64,000 bases of DNA from positions 12,276,001-12,340,000 of the forward strand of contig CM060734.1 of NCBI GenBank assembly GCA_030704615.1. Direction: 5' to 3'. Positions 1 through 12,428 of the stretch are shown here, piece after piece. Below the pieces are notes generated by a model. It made no database searches and was not told the DNA's origin. It saw only the letters and a list, made by a program, of their open reading frames with translations. The position numbers were made by a program, and so were the translations under genes. The stretch's first letter is position 1; each line of letters opens with the position of its first letter. The stretch is from Takakia lepidozioides. Lineage: Eukaryota > Plantae > Bryophyta.

Positions 1-87
1 ACCCCACACCATTACATCCATGAAAAAGATTGGACCAAACAAAAATGAGAAAAAAAAAAACAAAGAGTTTTCTTCACTCACTATTGC

Positions 88-1445
88 GGAACTCTCTATG
101 GAGAGTGCATGAAGTTGAAAAGAACTCAACTTGGGAGTGCAAATGAGGGAAGAAAATATAGTTTTCAGTCCAAATGATTTTTGTTCACTCCCAAATTTTG
201 CATACGCATTGCACACGCCGTCATTAAGCATATGGCTTGGGAACGGAATAAAACAAAATCATGTGCATGTGCAAAAAAACAACATCCCACCTGAGGGGAT
301 GAGGAGGAGGATGTGGCGGCGGCCGTCAAGTTTGCTGGGATCGGCACCAATGGTGGTAGAAAGAACTCTAACCCTTTTATACATCAGGACTAGAGAAGGA
401 GCACTATAAAGATTGGAAGAAAGGGATCAATTGACCCAGGCATCTGCCATGACCTTTGCAAAGAGACACTAAACAGGGCCTCTTTGCGACTCCCGGACGT
501 CACAGGCCCGTCGCATTATCGCTGACGGGTGACTTCTAGCAGTCGCAACCCCCGCGAGGTGGCGTGCAGCCCTCGCCACGTGGCGGCCAAGGGGGAAATG
601 GCATCCTTGCGACTCCCCAACGTCGCTGCCCTGCTGGAGCGTCACTAGGCTGTCCTACCGACGACGGGACATCGCAATACCCCATCGAGCTGGGCGGCCA
701 AGGGGAAATGGTGACGTTGTGACTCCCGGACGTCGCAGGGACGTCGCAGGAACGTCGCAGTACCCTCTAGCCTGGGGGTCTAGGATTGGGGATTTCTGGT
801 ACGTAATGATTTTTTTTCTTACTCAAATTTGTTTTGTGAATTCAACCCTTGCACCACTACATTTGTGCAAAATTTTGGACAAAAAAAAAACAAAAAAAAT
901 AAAAATTCTTTGCTTACTTTTTTAAACTATCTATGAAGAGTGCATGAAGTTGTAAAGAACTTAACTTTGGAGTACAAATGAGGGAAGAAAATACGGTTTT
1001 GGGTCCAGATGACTTTTGCTTACTCCCAATTTGTGCACATACATTGCATATGCTGTCATTAAGCATATGGCTTGAAAGTGGAATTAAAAAAAATTGTGTG
1101 CAGACGAAACGCAATATTTAGTCTCCACGACACGTAGTTTCGTTGAAATCTCGAATGACCCATTGACTGAACTTGGTTCAAGCTCATATTTGGTCCACAT
1201 GTGCTTAAGTATGTTCAGATCACATATGCAAAGTTGCAAATGACGAGCATCAAGAAGAAATATTCACCCCCGATGTCGTAGGCCCTGCATGAAGTTGAAG
1301 AAAACTCAACCTTGGAGAACAAATGATGGAGGAAAATATGGTTTTGGGTCCAGATGACTTTTGTTCACTGCCAAATTTTGCACGCACATTACACACGCTG
1401 TCATTAAGCATATGGCTTGAGAATGGGAAAAAAAAGAATCATGTG
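88..1445 (+). repeat. Three dispersed copies of a ~170-190 bp TE-derived repeat (~88-265, ~925-1100, ~1285-1445)
   Basis: The shared block TGCATGAAGTTG..AAGAACT..AAATGAGGGAAGAAAATA..GTCATTAAGCATATGGCTTG is visible in all three copies. Confidence 0.85.
467..775 (+). mobile_element. Probable CACTA (En/Spm) transposon end with GC-rich subterminal repeats
   Basis: CACTA at 467-471 is followed by a dense cluster of GCGAC/GTCGC motifs (485-760). The same motif vocabulary recurs at 51760-51910. No partner TIR was identified. Confidence 0.45.
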
Positions 1446-1547
1446 AAACCACAAGTCTACTAGATCCTTCCAAACTTCGAAAGGATTGTCAGTTCAAAGC
1501 ACACACCACTTCTGGGTGGGGATCATGTCATTCGAGATAAGACTCAT

Positions 1548-1707
1548 CGAGGTTATGTAGAAGTTATCTTATGTATCTAGATGTCAACGTTGTCTCCTCA
1601 CAATGGATGCCTGCTACGACTTAGGTGATTATGTCAAACAACTCCCACAAAAGCAACGCCGTGCAACTGGAGCACGTGATGCAAAATGACACCAAGACTC
1701 CGCGCTA
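1548..1707 (-). repeat. Copy of dispersed repeat family R (also 32671-32810, 34566-34678, 53546-53999, 54085-54428)
   Basis: The reverse complement matches 54085-54245 (GGAGTTGTTTGACATAATCACCTAAGTCGTAGCAGG..TGT.AGGAGACAACGTTGACATCTAGATAC). Confidence 0.8.
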
Positions 1708-3235
1708 TGTAAATCACATGGAGGTTGAAATGTGAATGGGATATCCAGCAAATTACACCCATCATGTGCAAGTAAAGGGAGCCGACAATTACTTAAATGC
1801 TTTCATTACAAACATGTACGTAAATATTTTTAGCTTATATTTATGACCAGCATAGTGTATCTACGTGATTTTGTGGAGGGAAAGAATGTGAATTAAATAT
1901 GATGCAAGAGAGGCCAATTTACAATTGGTCTACATGAACATCACTAATCGCTTCGGTCGTTAATGTCATCCACTGATTGTACTTCATCCAGGCTTGAGGT
2001 GGTCAATAATTTTCAAACCCAAAAAAAACATCTAGGAAGGACACGTAGGGATCAGGCATCCACTCAGTTACGTTCTCGGTCATCGCATAGGAACAAAAAG
2101 GAGAAGTTGAAGACCAGCATCAGATGGATGTTGCTAAAATGTAAAGCTCTCATGATTGCATTTCAGAGGATTTTCTTTGGATAAAGCCAAATTTCACTTA
2201 GGGAATCCATTGATCCGGAGTGTTGAAAACTTGGAGTGAGGCCGCTTCTCTTGTCTTTCTTGCATCTCTAACATGGGATACTCTAATGATAGTTTGGAAC
2301 TGTTCGCAGTTGTGAGCATTGTTCAACCAGCATTGATCTCTCCTTTTGACGATCATAGTTTAAATTAGTGCAATGTAACCAAGCAACCTCTATATATTGA
2401 AATGTGCGTAATTTATGGCCCTTGGCTTGCTCGTGTCTATCCGTAGTGATTTATTTGTCCAGGGACGACCTGTTCTTCCGCTGCAACAAACTCGTTCACA
2501 AAATGCTCTTCTTTCGTAGCAACCACCGGTTATTTCACAAAATGTTCTTCTTTCGCTCCAATCCATTTCCCAGGACTCTCAAACAGGGGCTGTAATGGAA
2601 CCACACTATGACCGGCAACCTTCAGCTCCTTGTGTCCAAGAATTGGAACTTCTGGTGTAGTTCTGCCTGATTTGATTCAGTGCACACGAGAGAGTCTCTT
2701 TAGACCTTGTCCCTAATCAAAGCCACTGAAACCAAAACACATCATTCTACTAGATTTACTTGTAACAAGTTCATACCTTTTTATCCCAAGAACCAAAAAT
2801 GATCGGTAAAAATAGAGATAGCTTCACCTTATCAGACCTGTTGTCCCACCCTTGCAAAATGTATTCCAGCCAAAGCTTCTAGGCCTGTTGATTGACCTGC
2901 ATACAAAAGCCACTAAATAATTAGATAAAACTCCTAATTGTCTGAGTCTCATAAGGAATAATATTGTAGGCTTCCATGGACGCTCTTTTATTTCTTTTTA
3001 TCCCAGGTTCTTTCTCTTTCTTTCTCTCCTTCCTCAAACAAAGTGTGGCTGGCGGTGCAAGTACGGGTTCCCACAGGTCCAATGTCCTCTAGTGTAACTC
3101 ATAGACACCGTTTGCAGGGTACCTTCAACGAGACATCTCTCAATGTCCGTTACCCATTCCTCAGAGACCGACGATTGCCACAACATAGCAAATATGCATA
3201 AAGTTGTCCCTCAACAAAGGAGTGAGCTCCTCTTG

Positions 3236-3551
3236 TGTTAGAATGTGCATTTATTCTACCCTCGACAACTCTCCCATATTTGTAGGATTAGATCAGGTCT
3301 GGTTACCTACCCACGACGGTGCTTAATTGCACATTGACGGTGATCCTTATCTCTTACTATGAATGACTAGAAGCACAGCCTCTCCACAGGACTCTCATTG
3401 TATATAACCTGTTCATGCTTTCCGTTACATTCACACTCTTGAGCATACTAATCTTTAGCATGTTGTCTTCTTCTCACCGCCTAGTCATGTGTATGAATCT
3501 GTTGTTGCTGTGAGTGTCTACAGTAGCTTTACATGTTCATGTTTTCCAACA
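3236..3551 (+). repeat. Copia 5' LTR (316 bp)
   Basis: TGTTAGAA...TTCCAACA. It differs from the 3' LTR by about 13 substitutions (mostly transitions) and two small indels, counted by eye. Confidence 0.95.
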
Positions 3552-3563
3552 TGGTATCAGAGC
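3552..3563 (+). promoter_or_regulatory. Primer-binding site complementary to the initiator tRNA-Met 3' end
   Basis: TGGTATCAGAGC immediately after the 5' LTR is the canonical plant copia PBS. Confidence 0.92.
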
Positions 3564-3847
3564 TAGTATGTTAGTTCCTTCGAATTAGCAACTAAAGTTA
3601 ACGAGTGTGGACAGGCGACAAGTAGCGTAGAACTAGATAGAAGCCGTTGCTCCAAGTGCACCGTAGAATGTGATATCAACATTGCATTCTAGCAGAGAGA
3701 CTAGAAGACTCCGGCCGAGGCCGGCGTAACTAAGAGCCACTTCACCTTGCGGCTACTGCCCCCTTTCGAGGGTGGGCCCTATTGCATTCTAGCATATCTC
3801 TCATTGCATACTAGCGTTAGACCAACGGTTCTCTCCAAGCTACGACT

Positions 3848-6800
3848 ATGGCACCCGTCAGCTCTGCCCCACGGCTCATGGATAGATTTGGTGGTGAAGA
3901 CTTGGCTCTTTGGAAATACAAGATGCAGCACATGTTGGTGCATCAAGGTTTATGGAGCGTCGTAACAGGGGAAGAAAAACAACATGCGGAGACAACTTCG
4001 AACGGAGCTGGAAGACAACCTATAACTGACGGAAGTTCGAAGACAGATGAGGTGAGAAAATGAAAAGAGAGGGATGGGAAGGTTCATTCCATCCTTATTT
4101 GGCATCTCCAAGACTCTGTCATTCGATGCATCAAGACTTCAAAGACGGCATCTGAGGCCTGGAAGAAGCTAGAGGAGTTGTACGAAAAAAAATCTGTACC
4201 TGAGCAATTGATACTGCTTAGGAATGTGCTAACTTCCAGATTGCAAGAAGGGGGAAACTTTTCTGATCACGTCAACAAATTGAAAGATGTCATCGATCAG
4301 TTTGAGGCTGCAGAATGTAAGTCAGCCGAACCCTTCAACCTACCCATTCTTTTGAACAGTTTGCCAGTGTCATACGATAACGTGGTAGTATTCATTGGCA
4401 ACAACAAAAACATAAAGTGGGATGAAGCGGTGACCATTCTTCTCCAAGAAGACACTCGTCAACGACAACTTGGATTGCACGATGAAGAGACCACTGCATT
4501 AGTGGCCAGATATACCAAGAACCAAGCTATTGGTATGAAATGTGTCCAAAATGCCAAGGCAAAAGGTGGTAAGAATCCTGATCAGAGGAAAGTTGTCATC
4601 TGCACACATTGCAAGAGACGAGGACATGAAGCAAAGGATTGTTGGAAGAGAATCGTGGAGGAAGTCAAATCCAAACCGTCATCATAGTCCAACATGGTAA
4701 ATGCCGAAACTTCACTGTCAACTACTTTAGATGTTCTACTGATGGCTCAATATGATGCATCGATATGCGTGAGCATTAGTGCTTTTGATTCTTGGTTGTT
4801 GAACTCAGGAGCCACACACCATATAACATCTAGATCAGATTGGTTTGTGGAATTCCAAGAAGCCCATGTTCCAAGGAGAGTGAAAGTGGCCAATGCCACT
4901 TGCAGTGAAATTATAGGTCAGGGAACCATACTTACACAGCTTCCTAATGGCACGACCAAGGAGCTAAAAGGTGTACTTTGTGTTCCAAGTCTAGAGAACA
5001 ACCTCCTGGCAGTAAGTAAATTGGCAGATGAAGGTATGAATACTTTATTCAAGAGAAAAGGTTGTGAACTCTATGATGACGACTTGAATTTGGTGGCAAA
5101 AGGAGATAGAGTTGGGGATCTTTACTCATTGACACCAGTGCAACAGTATTGCGCAAAAGCATCCTTAAGTGGACAAGAAAATTCAGCAGAGATATGGCAT
5201 AAGAGATTGGGGCATCTGAATTTTCAAACAATGCACTTGATGGAAAAAGCTCAAGCTGTCACATGGTTTAAGATTGAAGATGGATCACACCTAAAACCCT
5301 GCGAAGGGTGTTTGCTTGGTAAGCAACATAAGGCACTCATTCCTAAGACCACAGGCAGCAGGGCTGCCCATGTGCTTGAGTTGGTCCACACTGACGTGGT
5401 TGGACCGATGAGAGTTCCTTCACTTGGAGGAGCCAAGTATTTTGTGGCATTTACTGATGATTTCTCTAGGAGGGTGGCTGTCTATTGCTTGAAAGAAAAA
5501 TCAGGCGTCCTTGATGCATTCAAGACCTTTCATAAGATTGCAGAAATGCAAATAGGTTTGAAGTTGAAGGCGATCAGGAGCGACAACGGTGGAGAGTTTA
5601 CTTCTCTAGCTTTCAAGGAATATTGGAGTCAAAATGGCATCCAGAGATACACTTCTGTTCCTTACAATGCCTTTCAGAACGGCCTGGCTGAGAGAATGAA
5701 CATGACGCTGATGGAGACTGTCTGTAGCGTGATTCATGACAACAAGCTGATCAAGGCTTTGTGGGCTGAAGCGATAACTACCGCAACATATATTCGGAAC
5801 TGAGTGATCACCAAGGCATCTCAAACCAAGATTCCTGAAGAGATTTGGTCTGGTAAGAAGCAAAGTGTTGATCATTTTAGGGTTTTCGGATGTAAGGCTT
5901 ATGCTCATGTTCCAAAAAAAAAAAAAAAAAACCAAATTGAAGCCTAAGAGCGTTAAGTGCATTTTTGTGGGCTATAGTGAAGAAGCGAAGGGATACAAAA
6001 TGTTTAATCCATTCCTTAGTAGGGATGTGGTATTTGATGAATTCAATACAATACAAGGACAGGAGTTGAAATCTCATGGTAACACAGAATTGTGGAATCT
6101 TTGGGATTTATTTCCTATCAACCCTATTGAGTGTTTTACAAGGACGGAACTTGAAGAGCAGGTTCAAGAAAATCAGATCCATGATGCTCCATACGATGAA
6201 GAGAGACTGCAAGAAGTAAATGTGCAAATTGATCTTGACGACAAAGAGTCGACATGTGATAGCATTGCAGATCGTGATGATTTGAGAACAACAGTCGAAG
6301 AAGATTCACATGAAGAGGTCGAAGCAGTTGCCTCTCCATCTGGACGATCACCTTCAGCAGGAGCAAATGAACACCTCAGTCGCCTTGACAACGTCAAGGT
6401 AAGAACTCGAAAGCCTTCACTAAAAGTCCGAGAAACCCTAGGTCATCCGATGAGTTTCTCAGCAATTACCGTACCTGGAAATGTTGATGAAGCATTGGAA
6501 AGTGATGCTACCGGATGGACAACTGCTATGCAAGCAGAATATGACTCTCTCAATGGAACTTGGATACTTGTGATCTCCCGACAGGTAAGAAGGCAATAGG
6601 CTGCAAGTGGGTCTTTGCTTCAAGTACAAAGATAATGGGACGGTCGATAGATTGAAGGCCAGGTTGACAGCCAATGGATATTCACAACGGGAGGGAGTGG
6701 ATTACTTCGATACTTTCTCACCGGTTGTGAAAATGGCGTTAGTAAGAACGTTGCGGGCTCTTGCAGCAGAACAAGATCTGGAGATACACCAAATGGACGT

Positions 6801-7998
6801 TAAAACAACATTCCTAAATGGTGATTTGAAAGAAGAGATTTACATGCAACAGCCCGAAGGTTTCGTTGTTGAAGGAGCCGAAGGAAAAATATGCAGGCTC
6901 AAGAAATCTCTGTATGGATTGAAGCAATCCTCACGAGCTTGGTACCAACGAATCGATCGGTATTTGTTGGCTCAAGGGTTTTCGGAGTGGAAAAGCGGAT
7001 TCAAACGTCTATGTGAAGCGAGCAGCAGAGTTGTTCGTCATCCTTGCTTTGTACGTTGACGATGCAATATTGATAAGCAACAATCTAACCTTTCTTGCAG
7101 AATTTGAGATGGTAGATTATGGGGATATCAACTACTCTCTTGGAATCCACATCATCCGAAAAGGACAATCCATATCAGTCAGAAACGCTACTTGGAGAAT
7201 GTGCTGCAGGAATTCAAGATGGAGGATTGTAAGCCTATAGCCATACCCATGGAAGCAAACTCGAAGTTGTCCATTGATATGTGTCCAACTTCAGCAAAAG
7301 AGCAGGAGCATATGAAGGGAATACCATATCGAAAGGCCATAGGTTGCCTAATGTATGCAGCGATTCTCACAAGACCTCTGATCTTGTTAAGTCATTTTAT
7401 GGAAAACCGGGTTACCTCCATTGGGTTGCGGTCAAGCGTGTGTTCAGGTATATCAAAAGCACTATTGACTTTGGTATTTACATTAGGCACAGGTGAGACA
7501 GGTAGCAAATCTGGGTTTTGCAAGGATATTGCGATTCGGACTATGCAGGGGATGTGGATGTAAGGAAGTCCACATCTAGTTACTGTTTTATCTTGAATGG
7601 CGGGGTTATTTCCTGGCACAGCAAGAAACAAACAGCCACGGCCCTATCAAGCACAGAGTAAGTACATGGCTGCCACAGAAGCTGCCAAGGAGGCCAAATG
7701 GTTGAGGAGATTACTCCATGACATTGGAATGAAGCAAATTGATCCTCTCAACCTCAAATGTGACAATCAGAGTTGCATTGCACTGGCTAAGTCTCCCAAG
7801 TTTCACGGAAGATCCAAGCACATAGCAACTCAGTTTCACTTCATTCGAGAGAAAGTGGAGGAGGAAGAATTTTTGTTGGAATACTGTCCAACTAAACTGC
7901 AGGTTGCAGATATTTTTACCAAGCCGCTGCCAAAGGGAAGCTTTGAACTTCACAGGGAAAAGCTACAAATAAGGCCTCTAAGTCGGGTTGAAAACTGA
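3848..7998 (+). pseudogene. Copia gag-pol polyprotein, disrupted by stops and frameshifts
   Basis: Zinc knuckle CTHCKRRGHEAKDC; protease WLLNSGATHH; GAG-pre-integrase WHKRLGH..CEGC; integrase HTDVVGP..IRSDNGGEF..NGLAER; RT QMDVKTTFLNG..KSLYGLKQ..YVDD; RNase H CDNQS..KHI..ADIFTKPL. Confidence 0.95.
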
Positions 7999-8005
7999 GC
8001 AGGAG

Positions 8006-8331
8006 TGTTAGAATATGCATTTATTCTACCCTCAACAACTCTCCCATATTTGTAGGATTAGATCAGGACTGGTTACCTACCCACGATGGTGCTTAATTGC
8101 ATATTGATGGTGATCCTTATCTCTTACTATGAATAGCGACTAGAAGCACAGCCTCTCCATAGGACTCTCATTGTATATAACCTGTTCATGCTTTCCGTTA
8201 TATTCATTCTTTTCACTCTTGAGCATACTGTTCTTTAGCATGTTGTCTTCTTCTCACCACCTGGTCATGTGTATGAATCTGTTGTTGCTGTGAGTGTCTA
8301 CAGTAGCTTTAGATGTTCATGTTTTCCAACA
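8006..8331 (+). repeat. Copia 3' LTR (326 bp)
   Basis: Direct repeat of 3236-3551, followed by TSD TCTTG. Confidence 0.95.
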
Positions 8332-9235
8332 TCTTGCACCTCTTGGAACTGTGCCAGCACATCCAGGGGCTAGGTACGATCCCTGTCATTGAACACCAAG
8401 AGGACACCTGGTGGGTGTTTCCTAAGAACAGTGCATCCACTCTTGGCTCGATATGAAGCAAGCGATGCAAATAAGTACACACATTCAGATATACTACCTA
8501 GAAGTTTGAGATACTGAATTGAAGGAGCTGTTAGAAGGACAAAGGGATGGATTACACTCACATTCTTCTACAGCCCTTGTAGGTCCATAATGTGCCTTTC
8601 GACCAGAATGGGCGCAGCTTCTTTTGTGTTGGGTCAAGCACAGTAGGGAGCCTCCATCGCTCCGAAGCACACTCTTTAGAGACCTGCAAAATTCGCTTTC
8701 GGTTTCCCTGAAGGATGGATTTGTTTCGTCTTTCTTACTCCCAAATCCATTCCTTCCTGCACCAAACTGACAATAGCTACATGGCGAAATAGCCATCGCT
8801 TGCAAATAACGTCCACGGATGTCTATGCTACAGTTCAAGTCCACACCCGAAAGGGTGCAGTACCCGCAAAGGAAGAGGCTCTTATTTACGCTAAGGTTGG
8901 CGTCCTCTCTCTCTCTCTCTCTCTCCAATTCAAGCTTCGTGCACAGTAATTTGAAGACCACACTCAAGATGATACAAACTTATCCTGAAGAAAAGCTCTT
9001 TAAGGATAAATGAGCCGCTTGTTTCGTGGCAGAAGCATTCGCACAGGAATTGGGAGACACGGGGCTGTTCATCCTCTATACAAATACAATACCGTATTTC
9101 ATTTGGTCAAGTGAAAGGAAACCAAGCATTTTTTTATGAGATGTCCAGATCGGTATGATCCGTCCTTGTACAGAACTTCCGAGTTTACGATTTAGATTCT
9201 CCTTCAATCTTTTCTCTCTTTGCTCATGCACAGCG

Positions 9236-9463
9236 ATGGCGGGCTCTGGCGCTCTCCTTCGCGTGGTTGGAGAGGCTATACCCAAGGCCCTGTGTTCCAC
9301 TTCCAGTGAACGAGCGGGAGGCCGCACTTCATGCAGGACATTGTCGGGCCATGCTTTGGAGCGGAGGTGGGTAAACAATTTGGAAGGGCCTGGCCCGAGA
9401 TCTTTACAAGGGATCGCTATGACTGCTACGACGGCCCTCCGCCCCCCAGAAAACCGGAAAAAG
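9236..9463 (+). CDS. Possible upstream exon (organelle transit-peptide-like) of the PPR-DYW gene
   Basis: ATG at 9236 opens a Ser/Arg/Ala-rich peptide (MAGSGALLRVVGEAIPKALCSTSS..) that ends at a strong donor AAG|GTATGG (9463/9464). I could not find a clean in-frame splice path to 10488. Confidence 0.3.
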
Positions 9464-10487
9464 GTATGGAGTTCTTTGCATATTTTTTGGGGTCTTCAAC
9501 CTGTGAGCGTCGGCGAAATGCAGGTTCTGTCTTTGCACTCATCTGAGTCGAAGAAGTTCACTTGTTTGTGTGAACGTGAGTGTAATCGGCATCGTTGTCC
9601 TGCTTCCGTTAGCCTCCCACTAGAATTCTCTGGAAGATTTCTGCTTTTTCCATCCAGTGAGAGAGAGACACACACGCAGATTTTTGCATTGCTTGCTTGT
9701 GGGATATACTGTGTAGGGGGAACTTCCTACGTGTTTTTCTCACATGATGAGATTTGGAGGGCTTGCATTGCCCACTAGAATCCCGCCAAAACGTGGCTGC
9801 AAGCTCACTTTCGAGCGCAAACTGGACATAGCACCTGCACATTATCAACCTTCCAGTTGCAGGTTTCTTCTCACCAGGTTATGGAAACTCATCCCCAGAG
9901 CCACTCAGCGCTGGTGCAGAGCCAACAACAACTTTGTTACAGGAAATTGAGTGTTGGCATAGAATGGTGCTAGAGAGCACAATGTTGATTACTTCAGTGC
10001 TGCTCTAGCCCCAACCTGACAAAGGTCGCAGTGATTGCACTACCAGTCACACCACTGTGCTTGAGGAATAAAAGTGATGTCCCATAGACCTTTCCCTGCT
10101 AAGTGGGCTGTTTCATACCTTTTAAGTACCTACGAAAATAGTGAAGCCTCCTTGAGCTGGGGTTGAGGTCTTAGCCCACCATGGCATACATAGAGAGATC
10201 AATTTTGTGGAAAACTGACATACTCGAGAAAGGCAATCAGGAACTGCTAAATATATTTTCTTTTTAGTGTTGTCTGCATGCAGACCAAGCTACGAGTATA
10301 GAACAGCTTTGGCAAAAGGAAAGGACCACAGTTCTCATAAGGTGAGAGAATCCCCACTGGTATTCATCATCGTTGAGTCTTAGGTGATTCACAAGGTTTC
10401 AGCTTCTAGGAGAGTGAAGGAGACATTGCTTGGAGTATGTAGAAGGACAGGGTTTTTTTTGTAACTAGGAATGTCGAATCACGCAGG

Positions 10488-12428
10488 ATGGAAGGGTTGA
10501 ATCAGGCACAATTGTTTACTGGACATCAGAGTGGTGGCCGTTGTACTACCTCCACCATCACTACTACTTTTAAAAGAGGACCCAGTCAGGGAATGGACAT
10601 GATTACATCTGGCACTCATGGGGATGTGAAGACACTGTGTAAGGTGGGAAGACTGAAAGAGGCACTGCATATTTTGGATCAGCAAGGCATTCTAGCAGAC
10701 TCCAATACTTACATCTGTCTCTTGCAAGGGTGCATGAAGGTGAGAGCCCTGGCAGAAGGAAAGCAGGTCCACGCCCACATTCTCCGAAGTGAATTCACGC
10801 CAAACATATTTCTAGTTAATACCCTCATCAACATGTATGTAAAATGTGGGAGCATGGTGGATGCACGACAATTGTTTGTGGAAACGCCCCAACGAGATAT
10901 ATTTACATGGACTATGATGATAGCAGGATATGTTAAGCATGGACACGTCGAGGAGGCTCTTAGAATCTATGAGCAGATGCATCAGGAAGGTGTGAAACCC
11001 AATGCGGTCACGTATATTACTGTCCTCAATGCATGTGCTAGCGCAGGTTCCCTGGAAAAGGGCAAGTTGATCCATGCTGACATCATTCAAGCTGGAATTT
11101 CTTCGGACTTAAATTTGGACACCACCCTTGTTCATATGTATGCCAAATGCGGGAGTGTAAAGGATGCACGTCAAGTGTTTGACAGAATGCCTAATCGAGA
11201 TTTGGTCTCATGGAGTGCAATGATTGCAGGATATGCTCAGCTTGGGCATGGTGAAGAGGCTCTCAAAATCTTTAGTGAAATGCAACAGGAAGGAGTGAAA
11301 CCTGACAGGGTCACATTTATCAGTGTTCTCAATGCATCTGCAAGTGTGGGAGCCTTGGAAAGGGTCAAGCAGGTCCATGCTGACATTATCAAAGCCAGGA
11401 TTGTGTCATATATCAATTTGGACAATACACTTGTTGATGCATATAATAAATGTGGGAGTGTGGAGGATGCGCATCAAGTGTTCAACAAAATGGTGAAACG
11501 AGATGTGTTTTCATGGACTACAATGATTGCAGGTTATGCTCAGCATGGTTGTGGTAGGAAGGCCCTCCGATTATTTGAAGAAATGCAATTGGAAGGCTTG
11601 AAGCCAGATGGTATCACGTTTATTTCAGTCCTCTGTGCATGCAGCCATGGGGGCCTAGTGGATGAAGGCTGTCACTACTTCGATTGCATGTGTCAAGATC
11701 ATGGCCTCACCCCAACAGTGGAGCATTTTGGCTGCATGGTGGACCTTCTTGGTCGTGCAGGGCTAGTGGATGAGGCGCATGATGTCATTGACAGAATGCC
11801 AATGAAGCCAGATGCTTTGGTGTGGGGGGCCTTGCTTGGTGCATGCAGAATTCATGGTGATGTGGAGGTAGCAGAACGTGCCGGAAAATGCATGCTCGAG
11901 TCGTATCCAGAGCACTCTGTACCTTATGTGCTGCTATCGAACATTTATGCTGCGTCTGGCAGGTGGGAGGATAAAGCGAAGGTGAGAAAAATGATGGAGG
12001 ACAGAGGTGTCAGAAAGGAGACAGGGTGCAGCTGCATTGAGATCAACAACCAGGTGCATGCATTCGCTACAGAAGACAGATTACATCCACAAATTGAGGA
12101 AATTCATTTTGAGCTGAAGAGATTGTCTGGGGAGATGAAGGATGCTGGTTATGTGCCTGACATGCGTTTTGTATTGCATGATGTGGATGAGGAGCAGAAG
12201 GAGATTTCTCTCTGCCATCATAGTGAGAAGTTGGCCATCGCTTTTGGGCTCATCAGCACACCCGCTGGGACACCTATCCGCATCATCAAGAACCTTCGGG
12301 TATGCGGTGACTGTCACACTGCCACCAAATTCATATCGAAGATTGTTGGGCGAGCTGTTGTTGTACGGGATTCCAACCGTTTTCACCACTTCCAAGACGG
12401 AGTTTGTTCCTGTGGGGACTATTGGTGA
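10488..12428 (+). CDS. PLS-class pentatricopeptide repeat protein with E1-E2-DYW deaminase domain (organellar C-to-U RNA editing factor)
   Basis: Intact 646-aa ORF with L1-S1-P1-L1-S1-P1-L1-S1-P2-L2-S2 motifs, E1/E2, the HSEKLA...CGDCH zinc-deaminase signature and terminal DYW. Confidence 0.95.
   Translation: MEGLNQAQLFTGHQSGGRCTTSTITTTFKRGPSQGMDMITSGTHGDVKTLCKVGRLKEALHILDQQGILADSNTYICLLQGCMKVRALAEGKQVHAHILRSEFTPNIFLVNTLINMYVKCGSMVDARQLFVETPQRDIFTWTMMIAGYVKHGHVEEALRIYEQMHQEGVKPNAVTYITVLNACASAGSLEKGKLIHADIIQAGISSDLNLDTTLVHMYAKCGSVKDARQVFDRMPNRDLVSWSAMIAGYAQLGHGEEALKIFSEMQQEGVKPDRVTFISVLNASASVGALERVKQVHADIIKARIVSYINLDNTLVDAYNKCGSVEDAHQVFNKMVKRDVFSWTTMIAGYAQHGCGRKALRLFEEMQLEGLKPDGITFISVLCACSHGGLVDEGCHYFDCMCQDHGLTPTVEHFGCMVDLLGRAGLVDEAHDVIDRMPMKPDALVWGALLGACRIHGDVEVAERAGKCMLESYPEHSVPYVLLSNIYAASGRWEDKAKVRKMMEDRGVRKETGCSCIEINNQVHAFATEDRLHPQIEEIHFELKRLSGEMKDAGYVPDMRFVLHDVDEEQKEISLCHHSEKLAIAFGLISTPAGTPIRIIKNLRVCGDCHTATKFISKIVGRAVVVRDSNRFHHFQDGVCSCGDYW

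Larger units (their letters stand above)
3236..8331 (+). mobile_element. Full-length but decayed Ty1/copia LTR retrotransposon
   Basis: TG..CA LTRs at 3236-3551 and 8006-8331. The 5-bp TSD TCTTG lies at 3231-3235 and 8332-8336. PBS TGGTATCAGAGC at 3552-3563; purine tract before the 3' LTR; domain order gag-PR-INT-RT-RH. Confidence 0.97.

Noticed and set aside
11990-12428. U-to-C type DYW:KP editing domain
   Set aside because: There is no KP motif, and the protein has canonical HSEKLA and a DYW terminus. It fits the C-to-U class.
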